DNA from: Nitrosopumilus sp.
Lineage (GTDB): Archaea; Thermoproteota; Nitrososphaeria; Nitrososphaerales; Nitrosopumilaceae
Direction of reading: 5' to 3'
Length of the DNA: 64,000 nucleotides
Assembly (NCBI GenBank): GCA_965238275.1
Contig: OZ250186.1
Coordinates: 64,001-128,000, forward strand
Positions within the stretch are counted from its first letter, which is position 1. Each line of letters opens with the position of its first letter. The position numbers were made by a program, and so were the translations under genes. Under the pieces are notes generated by a model. The model saw only the letters and a program-made list of their open reading frames with translations, made no database searches and had not been told where the DNA came from. This document shows positions 1 through 9,876 of the stretch, piece by piece.

Positions 1-325
1 TCAAACATGACGAACAGCATGCACAATTCGGACGGATTTTGGCAAATCTCATAGTTTTGAACAGAGTCGCCAAACATGTCCGGACACTGGCAGTTTCAAG
101 ACATTTGTAGGCGTTTCCGATACCTTGGACGCTCAATCTCAGGTGCCGACGGTTAACACGCACACTCCGACATCAATCAATCAATGAATATCCCTCCAAG
201 CATAGCGATGTCTCCGCTATTCCGATGACCAGCCTAAATATACCAAGCATGCCGTTTGGTTCCCTGCCTGTCCGGCCTATGCCCCAAGGGGAGATTCTGA
301 GGATCATCGCCTGTCTAGGGTAGAA

Positions 326-880
326 ATGCGTAAACTGAAAAACGACCAAGTCTTGAACTCGGGTAGTCCGATGTCCGAAGAGGTTGCAGGGATGCTCAGT
401 GTCAGTCTTGCAGGTTCTCCATTCCACGACTATTTTCACAAAGACGTAACCTTGGTTCCCATACCAGGCAGCTCACGACTGAAGAAGGACACTCTCTGGG
501 TACCAGAGCGCATAACCTCGGCGTTGGAAAAGCATGATCTGGGGACAAGCATCCAGATTCTTTATCGGGATGTGCCACTGCGACGTTCGTCTACCAGCTT
601 GGCTAAAGACAGACCCAAGGCACATCAGCATTACGGCTCCATGGCAATACAGAAACCGCTACATGACCCCAAAGAGATTGTTCTTGTGGACGATGTGGTA
701 ACGCGGGGCGCCACGTTGTTGGGAGCGGCAAACAAACTTGCCGATGCCTTTCCCGGTGTACGCATACGCGCGTTTGCAGTAATGAGGACAATCAGCAATC
801 CTGATTGTTTTGAGGGGATCTGCAACCCTTGTACGGGGAACATATCATTACGGGGCAAAGATACGTTTAGATCTCCCTGA
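326..880 (+). CDS. Phosphoribosyltransferase-fold protein (ComF/PRTase-like); 5' end probably frameshifted
   Basis: PRPP-binding motif IVLVDDVVTRGATL and LVPIP motif. The same frame continues upstream (AYAPRGDSED), and an ATG at 225 in another frame gives MTSLNIPSMPFGSL, suggesting a frameshift near 265-275. Confidence 0.75.
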   Translation: MRKLKNDQVLNSGSPMSEEVAGMLSVSLAGSPFHDYFHKDVTLVPIPGSSRLKKDTLWVPERITSALEKHDLGTSIQILYRDVPLRRSSTSLAKDRPKAHQHYGSMAIQKPLHDPKEIVLVDDVVTRGATLLGAANKLADAFPGVRIRAFAVMRTISNPDCFEGICNPCTGNISLRGKDTFRSP

Positions 881-1038
881 GCCTATGCGCAGTCGCGCAT
901 AGTCTATTATATCATCGCGCCTAAAACGTCATGTGTGACAGCTTTGTCTGCATCGTCAACATTCTGCACGTCCTGATGCCCCTCTACCCATCGGCCTTGC
1001 CCAACGCGTGAGTCGTAATTCAGGTCTGCATAGAGGGT

Positions 1039-1218
1039 ATGCCCAAGGAACACAGCCAAACTGGTCTGTGCGAGGCTGCCATCATATCCATGATGGTAAA
1101 GTCTGGGCTGAGACTTGGGATGATGGGCAACCACAACGGGACCGATGGGCTTCGGATGCACGATTTGTTTGCGGGATTTCGCAAGGATCTCAAGGACAGG
1201 TTCAGTGGGCTCGTTTAG
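1039..1218 (+). pseudogene. Fragment of a thaumarchaeal-type tyrosine integrase
   Basis: Manual translation gives AIISMMVKSGLRLGMMGNHNGTDGLRMHDL, resembling the integrase box I (SGLR...DGL...DL) region. The rest of the gene is absent. Confidence 0.55.
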
Positions 1219-1247
1219 GGCTTTTATACTAACTTGCCATCGGTTGC

Positions 1248-1520
1248 ATGCAAGACCTAGAACATGCGATGGAGATCAGGGACATTCTTGACAGGATCAA
1301 GACGATACGATCGTGTGAGCACGAGCCTGAGGTCGAGGCAAGATACGGGGATCACGAGGGTTTCAGGTTCCAGATGTGCAGGGAGTGCTGGAACCGCGAG
1401 ACGCTCCACAGGATAAGCGAGGACTACGTGCAGGTCGTCAGGCCCAACCAGTTGGACGCGGTGTCGGCAAAGTGCCTCAAGTGCGGTTCCGGCATGGATT
1501 CGTGCGGGTGCGGGACATGA
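1248..1520 (+). CDS. Small Cys-rich hypothetical protein (probable Zn-binding)
   Basis: 90 aa ORF with CxxC motifs (CREC, CLKC) and a TATA-like tttata about 25 bp upstream. Confidence 0.5.
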   Translation: MQDLEHAMEIRDILDRIKTIRSCEHEPEVEARYGDHEGFRFQMCRECWNRETLHRISEDYVQVVRPNQLDAVSAKCLKCGSGMDSCGCGT

Positions 1521-1665
1521 TACTTTTCCCTCGTCGCCCGACTACGGAATGGTTAAGGGTTTTGAAGGCGTGATTGTGGCAGACGGTTGCCGCATGGTGA
1601 ACATGCTGCCATTTCCGAAAAAATTTATCTAAAAATGGAATGGATGAAGACAGTCATAGGAGAAC

Positions 1666-3726
1666 TTACGAGTCCATCATTTCGTTTATTTTTCTAAAAA
1701 TTGTTTCAAAGTTTTTGACTAATTCGTTTGGAAGTGATCCAATATCTGCTCTGCCCAGTTCGTCTAAAATTGCACGATCTGGTCTATTCTTGTGAAAATC
1801 GCCCAAATCGTTTTCTTTGAAAAAGTCTTCAATTTGCTTTACAATCATAGGTTCGTGAGAATCAAGAGTTATGTCTGTTATTTTTTTTGACTCTAACTCT
1901 TCTTGATAAGTAGATTTAACGAACTTTAGATAATAATCTGGTGGAAATATGTCTTCAATAGACATATTTTTTGTTTTATCAAAAATCTCATTTATCATAC
2001 AAACTTTTTTATCTCTTAAAATTTTATTCTTCACTATCGATTTGTATGCATGTTTGCCGTCATTATCTGCATCTAGAAGCACCGCAACGTCTAGTTTTTG
2101 TGAGTTATACGTGCTTGCAAAAAGAATAGATCTTGTTGCACCTCCTGCCGGAACAAACACAAAGTCGTTTTTTAGATGGGTCTTTCCAGCTGACTCCAAC
2201 AAACTCGAAGCACCATCCAGGAGCCAAAAATCGGTCATTCCCTCTACTATCAGGTTTTTCTTTCCTACAAACATGGATTGCGCCATAGTGTAATGAAGCG
2301 CAGATTGCAATGGAAATAAAGCATCACGATCACTGTCCCAAACTTCGTCTGATATGTGAGATATTTTTTGAGTTGTTTCTCCTTCTAATTTTGTTTCTTT
2401 TAGGGTAACTGTATGAATAGAGTCGGGTTTTGTTAGGTCTACCATGAATGGAGAATGCGTTGAATACAGAATCTGGTTTTTCTTTGCAAGTATGGGCAGT
2501 ACATTTTTGAGAAAATCTTTTTGTCCGATAGCATGTAAAAATAATGCAGGTTCGTCAAGTAAAATTATTGTGTCTTTGTGTCTTCCCTCAGACTCTACGC
2601 TAAATACAGTATAAAAAGAGAAATACCATTGATACCCCCTGCTTCTTTCTTCAAGCTGTAGTTTTATCCTATCTTTTTTATTAATCACCCAGACTCTAAG
2701 ATCAGCCCCATTTACAGAAAATTCTATATCGTGATCATTTTGTGTCCATATGCTATCAATTTGTTCCGAAACCTTCTTTGATGCAAGACTCAAAATTCTA
2801 TCTAGTCTATCCTTGTTTTTTCGTACCCGCTCACGATTTTTTCCTTCTTGACCTAGTTTTAACAATTCATGTGCATCCAAACCTCCAAGATCTAGCAAAG
2901 CTTTTGCAGTTTTTTCATCATCATCCAAATTGTTTTCGTCAAGTTTTGTCACAAAAGTTGGCAAATGAATTCTGCTATCAATGATTCCAATATTTTCAAA
3001 GTAAATGAATCTTGGTAGATTGTTTATGAGATAATTCTTAACATTTTCAGTTGAATCCTCTGTTATTTCAGAATTAACTTTATCAAGAATAGAATAAATT
3101 TTGCTTTTTTCAGATAATACATCATCAGGAATTGAAGTTAAAATTGCTTTGAAATTTTCTATGTTTAGCTTAATTTGATTAAGAATATCATGCTGCCTAA
3201 TATTTAATTCATCTTTATTCCCAGTTCCAATTATATTTAACATAGTTATCGCATCATTCCTATATGTTTGTCCGTTTTCATGCAATGCTGGGTCGATAGA
3301 ATCAAGAATTTCAAGTATTGGTTGCAGGTAGTTTTTATGAAATACAGCAAAATGAATTGCCTCTTGGCCGGCGTCAAGATGGCAGATTAGCTTCATGTTT
3401 TTCTTTTTACTGAATTTGATTTCATTTATTGCCATTTGTCCGTTACTAATTTCTTTTATTTGCCGCCTTTCTTCATTGGTAAGTTTGAAAGTAGCAGTAA
3501 CAAAAATATCTTCAGGATCATAATCATCATAGTACCATGCCGGATTTTCTGTTAAATCATCAAAATCTGTATCTTTAACATGATTGATTTTTTTTAAAGC
3601 ACGCATCAGATTTGTCTTTCCACTTTCGTTAATCCCTACAAAAGTTGTAATGTTTTCGTCTACTTTGATCTCTTTAGAGTCTTCTATAGAGCGATATTTT
3701 TTAATGTGAAAACTAGTAAGGCGCAC
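1666..3726 (-). CDS. OLD-family ATP-dependent nuclease (ABC ATPase + TOPRIM)
   Basis: Walker A GINESGKT, signature RSRG, Walker B LLDEPALFLH, STHSPF, TOPRIM IVEGMTD and LLDADNDG. AT-rich. Confidence 0.9.
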   Translation of the reverse strand: MRLTSFHIKKYRSIEDSKEIKVDENITTFVGINESGKTNLMRALKKINHVKDTDFDDLTENPAWYYDDYDPEDIFVTATFKLTNEERRQIKEISNGQMAINEIKFSKKKNMKLICHLDAGQEAIHFAVFHKNYLQPILEILDSIDPALHENGQTYRNDAITMLNIIGTGNKDELNIRQHDILNQIKLNIENFKAILTSIPDDVLSEKSKIYSILDKVNSEITEDSTENVKNYLINNLPRFIYFENIGIIDSRIHLPTFVTKLDENNLDDDEKTAKALLDLGGLDAHELLKLGQEGKNRERVRKNKDRLDRILSLASKKVSEQIDSIWTQNDHDIEFSVNGADLRVWVINKKDRIKLQLEERSRGYQWYFSFYTVFSVESEGRHKDTIILLDEPALFLHAIGQKDFLKNVLPILAKKNQILYSTHSPFMVDLTKPDSIHTVTLKETKLEGETTQKISHISDEVWDSDRDALFPLQSALHYTMAQSMFVGKKNLIVEGMTDFWLLDGASSLLESAGKTHLKNDFVFVPAGGATRSILFASTYNSQKLDVAVLLDADNDGKHAYKSIVKNKILRDKKVCMINEIFDKTKNMSIEDIFPPDYYLKFVKSTYQEELESKKITDITLDSHEPMIVKQIEDFFKENDLGDFHKNRPDRAILDELGRADIGSLPNELVKNFETIFRKINEMMDS

Positions 3727-3880
3727 AGGCTCTGACTGAGTCCGATCTTTATAAATTTCTCTATGATGTTGGATGTGTTGTAGTAATAAGAAACACCCTC
3801 ACGCATACCTATATCGACGCGCAAAAGTCCGTGTGCGAGTAATCGAAGAGTTTGTAGATCAGATCTCATTCCAGCAATAC

Positions 3881-4068
3881 ATGGATGACACCAAACTGGA
3901 GGAACTCGAAAAGGCATACAAAAAGGAAAAGGACCACAATGTCTAGGTCAGGATGGTCGCGGTACACATGGTGCGCGTGCGCAACATGCCTGTGGAATAG
4001 GCTGCTGACATCTTGGACGGTGCCCCACTTGTCCACAATCGGCTGCGCCGCTACGACGGAGGAGACCT
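3881..4068 (+). pseudogene. IS630-family transposase N-terminal remnant
   Basis: MDDTKLEELEKAYKKEKDHNV*VRMVAVHMVRVRNMP has internal stops. Homologous to the remnants at ~17.6, ~30.2 and ~59.4 kb. Confidence 0.7.
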
Positions 4069-5236
4069 CATGCTGTATAGTGAAAGATGCAATGTATGAT
4101 CTTTTTGGACCGTCGAACCGCCTCAAGATGTTAATTACGAATCAAGTTTCCATATTCGTAGTTTAGATTATTTATGCGGCCTGCTTGATCAAGCGTACGA
4201 TATGGACAGCAACTGGGATTGCGTTATTGAACGGATCAGAAGCATGGACAAAATTAGCGAGAACCGCAGAAAGCGACTTGTCAGTTCTGTTACGGTGTTA
4301 AGGGACAATCTGGGAAAGGACTGGTGGCCGGATGCCGGCCATCCGCTATTGTTTGGCATCCAAAACACCCTCAATACTTATGCAGACTGGCTTGTTTCTA
4401 GACTGGCAAATGACATTATCAGCATGAAGAGCGCAGGGATTGGGGACATCGTGAAGAGAATCCGTAATTCCACAGAATATTTCGGTGTCGCCGCGGAGCT
4501 TGAGGTGGGCGGCGTGTTGGCCAGAAATGGTTACGGATTGGCAATCGGACCCAAGGCGGGAAAGAAGCAACCGGATTTTCTCTGTAAAAAGAACGGTGAT
4601 GAGTTTCTTGCAGAGGTAAAGATGCTAGAGACAAGCGAAAAGGCCAGGGAGGCTACCCGAACCAGCGAACAGATAATGGCAACATGCCGTCCGATTTTTC
4701 CCGTAGGGACCATCACCAGATCGTTGCCATCCCATGAACTTGAGGATGTCACATGCAGATTGAAGGATGTGGTCAATCGTGTCAGTGTTGGCTCTCCACG
4801 GGAGGCTGATATCCCTGGCACTCTGAAGCTATACCTGGTGCATCCTGATGATCCTGACAAAGTCCGCATGTATGACAAGTGGTGCCGAGCACCGGAAAAT
4901 TCTGGCATTCCAGGCGGTCACGGCCTGTCATGCCCGCCTGTAGACAGGACGGATCTTGATCGCATAATATCCAAAATCAATCGATTTTCGGCAAAACAAC
5001 AGATTCCAAAAGAGAGAATGGGCATTCTGTTCATGACCGGCTGCTTCACGATTATGGATGGGGATGTAGAGGCAATGGTTGCCAGTCTTCTCCCGCACGT
5101 AAAGAAACTGCCCCATGTTCCTGCTGTGGTGCTGGTCGCCATCAGAACATTCACGCTTTCGCCTAATAGAAGATATGCGTAATCCGGAACTTTTTCAAAC
5201 TCCGCGCTGACATGTTAGCCCTGCTGTCAAAAATTT

Positions 5237-5905
5237 ATGATCCATCCAATTAAAACCAGAATATGCCGGTTCATACTGTTGTCGAATCAGGAAACAAGTG
5301 ACCTGCAAAAAGAGAACAAGGCTCTCAGAGACATGATCAAGCGCCAGGACGCTGACATCAAGCGCTTGGAGGCAGCCGCCAAGCACGAGCAAAGCCTGTG
5401 GGGTACGCGAGACGGCTCCGAGTCTGGAGCCGCAGGAGAGCCCGCCCTGCTGCATCGCGTGGAGGTCTTTGATGAGATCATCAGAGTCGAGAAAAATCTT
5501 CATGACGCGACGCTGAAGTGCAGGGAACAGTTCCAATACATGCTTGACAGGGTCGAGGCATGGATAAGGCAAAGCGGCAAATCCCCGCTCTTCAGGAACG
5601 ACGAGACGAGGGCGTCGGATCCCGGGAACCGCTGCAAGCTGTACCCCAGGCACGCGCTGCTCATGGCGCTGATGTACAAAAAGGGCAACCCCACGCAGGG
5701 CGCACTTGCGGCATTCTTTGGAATAGACCAGGCAACCGTGTCCCGGTATATCGATGTACTAGACGGGGTGCTTGAGGCGGTGCTGCCCACCGCTGCCAAC
5801 ATCTCAAAGGAGATAGCAGGCACGGAGACAAAAGAGGATCTCAAAAAAATAATTTCCGGGCCGGACGGGGGCATCATGATGATCGACGGCACGCACTGCC
5901 CCATA
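5237..5905 (+). pseudogene. Truncated IS5/ISL2-like transposase (element A)
   Basis: HTH LAAFFGIDQATVSRY and first catalytic motif IDGTHCP, then cut by the left IR of element B. Confidence 0.85.
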
Positions 5906-5974
5906 AGAAAATATGCGTAATCCCCCTGTTCACATCGATAAATTTAGATCAGGCACGATCGCGTCTCACATCAA

Positions 5975-7346
5975 ATGCCAGACTCGCCTGATCAGATCAT
6001 GCACAGATTGGAACAGGAAAACAGAAGCCTAAAAAATATTCTAAAGCAGAAAGACAAAAAGCTGGAACAGAAAGACAAAAAGCTGGAACAGAAAGACAAA
6101 AAGCTGGAACAGAAAGACAAAACCCTAAAAAATATTCTAAAGCAGAAAGACAAAAAGCTGGAACAGAAAGACAGAAGCCTAAAAAATATTCTAAAGCAGA
6201 AAGACAAAAAGCTGGAACAGAAAGACAGGGAGTTGGGCCTTGAACGCGGCCTGTGGAAGAGCAGGAACGATGGCTGGAACCCCGGCAAGGGGCCCGCGTT
6301 GCACCTGCTAGAGGTGCTAGACGGCATAATACGCGACGGGGACAAGCTCCGCCATGTCACGCTGGCAGACGGGGAACAGTTCCGGTACATGCTGGAGCGG
6401 GCCAAGGTGTTTCTGACGCATTCGGGCCAGATGCCGCTGTTCCGCGATAACGCATCCCGGGTCTCCGATCCCGGAAACCGGTGCAAACTGTACCTGAGAC
6501 ACGCACTGCTCCTAGCACTTATCCGCAAAAAGGACAACCCCGCCCAAGGCGTGCTTGCCGCATTCTTCGGGATAGACCAGACCACCGTGTCCCGGTACAT
6601 TCCGGTGATGGATGCGATGCTGACAGGAATACTTCCGACGGCAGACAACATATCCGAGGAGGTAGCTGCTGCCCCGACCAAGGAGGATTTCAAGAAGATC
6701 GTGCCCGGGTCCGACGGGGGCGAGATATTCATAGACGGCACGCACTGCCCCGTGCAGCGCCCGTCTGTAAAGTCAGTCCGGCGCATGGGATACTCCGGCA
6801 AGAAGAAAAAGTTCACCAACAATACCAACGTGTACACCAACCGGGACGGGGTGGTGATCGGCATATCAAAAAGCACCGTCGGGTCAGTCGGCGACATCAC
6901 GTTGCTCAAGGAACGCCCCATGCCGTTTGGAAAGTGGGAGGAGGCGATGCACGATCCGGACCTGCCAGAATCAGACAGGTGCCACCCCTTCGTCGACCGC
7001 GGCTACCAGGGAATCGCAGATCACCTGCCCGGCACCACGCCGGAGATCCCGTACAAGAAGACCAGGGACACGCCGCTGACGCCGGAGCAAAAAAAGCACA
7101 ACCACAGGATCAACTCCACCAGGGTGTTGGTGGAGCACACGATAGGCAGGCTCAAGCGCTACGCGCGTCTTGCCGACCCGTACGACGGCAACGCGGCCCC
7201 AGTTCAACAGGGAGTTCAACGTGATCACCGGGCTGGTAAACCTGAACCTTTTGTGGGACTGCATGGAAAAGGGTCCGCCACCACCGGGGCAGTGGAAGAC
7301 GTCAGTAGACTGGGACAGGGCCTGCTCCGAAGCTCCGGTCAAGTAG
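5975..7346 (+). pseudogene. IS5/ISL2-like (DDE_Tnp_4-type) transposase with a +1 frameshift near the C-terminus
   Basis: IDGTH, GDIT, DRGYQG and VEHTIG motifs. One extra base near 7197 (gcggcccca vs gcggcgca in the copy at 31 kb) shifts the last ~48 codons. Confidence 0.85.
6022..6226 (+). repeat. 21-bp (KLEQKDK) and 54-bp coding tandem repeats in the transposase N-terminus
   Basis: Visible cagaaagacaaaaagctggaa units. This copy has one more 54-bp block than the copy at 31133. Confidence 0.9.
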
Positions 7347-8078
7347 AATTCAGGGCACGATGAAGTGCTGCAAGGCTGCGCACGTCATTTTGGATTTTGG
7401 GGTGAACAGACTTGCCACATACACGACACGAGCAGTTTTAGGCCGTATTTTTCCGGTTTTTTATGGCCGGGTTGGCAAAATGGGTGGATTACGCATATCT
7501 TCTAATCGACGCCGAGTCAAGGACGAGGACGATTATATTGATGTTGATTACCGCCTTGCTCCATACATTATGGAAAGAGTGCTGATCATAAAGAACAGAT
7601 CATGTCAGTTTTCCTTTGATTGCGGCGTGCTGGCAGACATGTATGCTGAGCGGAACAAGTTCGCATACAGATAGGACAAACTGCAAGATCAATAAATGGG
7701 GAAAACATTTTGGACAGATACCATTTATGAGCAGACTACACAAAAAAGACAAGGGCACCACAACTTGGACAAGATAGTGCTGAGCATGTTCATTATTTGG
7801 AATAGAATGCCCATGGCAGGAGTAGCGTGTAGACTGGGAATAGCCTGTCATGACGGACTTCGAGACAACGGGACTCTTGTGACCAGAATGGTAAACTTGT
7901 CGTTCCAGCCGCCGTTGCCGCCGCTGCTGTCGTAGCGGGTGCGCGCCAGCGCCTCGTGTCTCCCCCCGCCGGGTCCAATCTCGATGCAGTCTTGCCAAGT
8001 CCGTTTGACTCGCACGTGGCTGAACCGGGATCCAAGAACCTGAAAAAACCCCTTTTAAGCCACGCTCGCTCCGTCTGC

Positions 8079-8315
8079 ATGGAATCCACATGTCCCATTT
8101 GCGGGCAAGAACTCGAGGTCCACGTCGACCCGCAGATGGCAGAATGCGGTCTCGCCCTGATGCAGAGGGACTACGGCCACAATTACACCGAGGATTTCAC
8201 GTGGATGTGCCCGGGGTGCGACGGTAAGATGGACGACCACGACGACGCGATGCTGGCACAATGCTCCCGGCTGCTGGTGTTGGGAGACTATGTCAATGGA
8301 GTCTATGCTGGATGA
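8079..8315 (+). CDS. Small protein with two CxxC-x6-H-x7-C putative Zn modules
   Basis: CPICGQELEVHVDPQMAEC and CPGCDGKMDDHDDAMLAQC; TATA-like ttttaa about 25 bp upstream of the ATG. Confidence 0.7.
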   Translation: MESTCPICGQELEVHVDPQMAECGLALMQRDYGHNYTEDFTWMCPGCDGKMDDHDDAMLAQCSRLLVLGDYVNGVYAG

Positions 8316-8432
8316 GAGGCTGGAGCGTCGCAGGCACGGAACTCGATAAAATTATTTTGTCTTGATATACATGATAATAATCTACTAGTATCATGGATAA
8401 TGTTATAAATCCATTTGACGACATACTATTCC

Positions 8433-9815
8433 ATGAGACTGAACCCCGATGACATTGACATGCCAGACGACAAGAAGCCGTTGAACCTGTTCACGCAGTC
8501 AACAAAGTCGGAACGGACGCGTTACGTGTACGCGTGCAAGCTGCGCCAGATACTCTGCGAGTACATGGCAGGGGTACTGTCCGGGACGTTTGAAGAGAGG
8601 GCCTCCGAACTGCTGGACAGGGGCCGAAAGAATCCCAAATGGACGTGCGGCCTGATGCTGAACCTGGCCCACAGACTGCGCGAGAGGACCGCGCTCGAGA
8701 AAGATGATCCGGAATACCTGAGCCCGACGTCAGTCAACGCCAATTTCGCCCCGCTCCAGAAGTTGTTCGAGACCAACGACGTGGCGCTGCCTTGGAAACG
8801 CGTCCGTTCCACGCTTCCGGAGGTGGAGACGTACGAGACGCGCGGCTGGACGCGCGACGAGATACGCAGGATGCTCAGGCACGCGCGCGGGACGATGGAC
8901 CGCGCCATCATACTCATCATGGCAAGTTCGGGCGTGCGGATCGGCGGGATGGAGTTGAAGTGGGGCCACATCGTTCCGTTTTACGGCGACGGCGGGGATC
9001 TCCGCGAAGGCAAGGGTATTCTAGAAGGAGAAGACGCTTCCAGGCCCGTCGCGTGCGCCATGCTGCGCGTGTACGGCAACACTTCTGCCGAGTATGCCGC
9101 GTTCATCACGCCGGAGGCGTACGAGGCGGTGCAAGACTACCGGGCAGTCTGGGCGCGGGAGGCCGGGCGCGAGCCGGAACCTGGAGATCCGTTCCTCAAG
9201 AGGGCGGGGCCGTCAGTCGCGGGCCTTACAAGCAACGGCATCAAGCAGCGCGCGTACAAGGCAATATGGAGCGCCGGGCTGCGCGGAAGCCAGACGAAGG
9301 AGGGGAGGCGGTACAACGTCCCGGGGATGAACGGCTTTCGGCGTTTTTGCAACAAGGCCATGAAAGACGCGACTTCTGCCGACTCGCCCATATCGTCGCT
9401 GATCAAAAAAGAACGCATGCTGGGGCACTCCGGGCTCGTCAGGCTGGACAAGAACTACTTCAAGACCACCCCGTCGGAACTTGCAAAGGAGTACCTGGAC
9501 GCGGTGCCGGGCCTCACCATCCACGAGACCGGGATCCGGAGGCCCGCCGCTGGCGGCAGCAGCAGCAGCAGCAGCGGCGGCGGCGGCGGCGGCACAAAAG
9601 ACGCCAATGTCGGCGAAACCTACACGAAGCCGGACCCGGTGCCGGATCCCGGCATGGCCGCATCTGATGCCGGCGTCGCTCCCGTGACAGACGACGCGGT
9701 ATGCCCGGCATGCGGCCGCGTGAACCGCGCGCACAGCGGCGAAGAGTACGCCGAATGCATCGCCAGGGTCGCAAAAAAAGCCCTGCCCAGCCAACAGCCA
9801 GATTCGGGCGCGTGA
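8433..9815 (+). CDS. Tyrosine recombinase/integrase 1 with a C-terminal Ser/Gly linker and Zn module
   Basis: SSGVR (catalytic Arg), NGFRRF, MLGH, NYF (Tyr nucleophile); TATA ttataaa at 8403-8409. Confidence 0.9.
   Translation: MRLNPDDIDMPDDKKPLNLFTQSTKSERTRYVYACKLRQILCEYMAGVLSGTFEERASELLDRGRKNPKWTCGLMLNLAHRLRERTALEKDDPEYLSPTSVNANFAPLQKLFETNDVALPWKRVRSTLPEVETYETRGWTRDEIRRMLRHARGTMDRAIILIMASSGVRIGGMELKWGHIVPFYGDGGDLREGKGILEGEDASRPVACAMLRVYGNTSAEYAAFITPEAYEAVQDYRAVWAREAGREPEPGDPFLKRAGPSVAGLTSNGIKQRAYKAIWSAGLRGSQTKEGRRYNVPGMNGFRRFCNKAMKDATSADSPISSLIKKERMLGHSGLVRLDKNYFKTTPSELAKEYLDAVPGLTIHETGIRRPAAGGSSSSSSGGGGGGTKDANVGETYTKPDPVPDPGMAASDAGVAPVTDDAVCPACGRVNRAHSGEEYAECIARVAKKALPSQQPDSGA
9552..9593 (+). 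repeat. (AGC)6(GGC)6 trinucleotide tract encoding a Ser/Gly linker
   Basis: Read directly from the sequence. Confidence 0.9.
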
Positions 9816-9876
9816 ATGCCTGCCTGCCTTCCCGCGCAAGGCGCGCGTCGTCACGAACGAAGATCCTGTCACCGCT

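Larger units (their letters stand above)
5168..7503 (+). mobile_element. Composite IS5/ISL2-like element: truncated element A (5168-5905) fused to complete element B (5906-7503)
   Basis: Terminal IR AGAAGATATGCGTAATCC at 5168 and its reverse complement ending at 7503; inner IR AGAAAATATGCGTAATCC at 5906; AAT duplicated at 5165-5167 and 7504-7506. Confidence 0.9.
4202..7674 (+). pseudogene. PD-(D/E)XK-like nuclease gene interrupted by a composite IS (pieces 4202-5167 and 7507-7674)
   Basis: AELEV...PDF...AEVK motif. Removing 5168-7503 and one AAT restores the frame: TLSPN|RRRVKDEDDYIDVDY...AYR*. Confidence 0.75.

Noticed and set aside
5992-6921. Long antisense and alternate-frame ORFs over transposases and integrases (e.g. 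5992-6921, 8792-9667, 62234-63148)
   Set aside because: Shadow ORFs caused by GC-rich codon bias and repeats; they have no motifs.
7360-7503. Small ORF MKCCKAAH... in the IS 3' end (also 32463)
   Set aside because: It runs through the terminal IR into different flanks in each copy; not a credible passenger gene.
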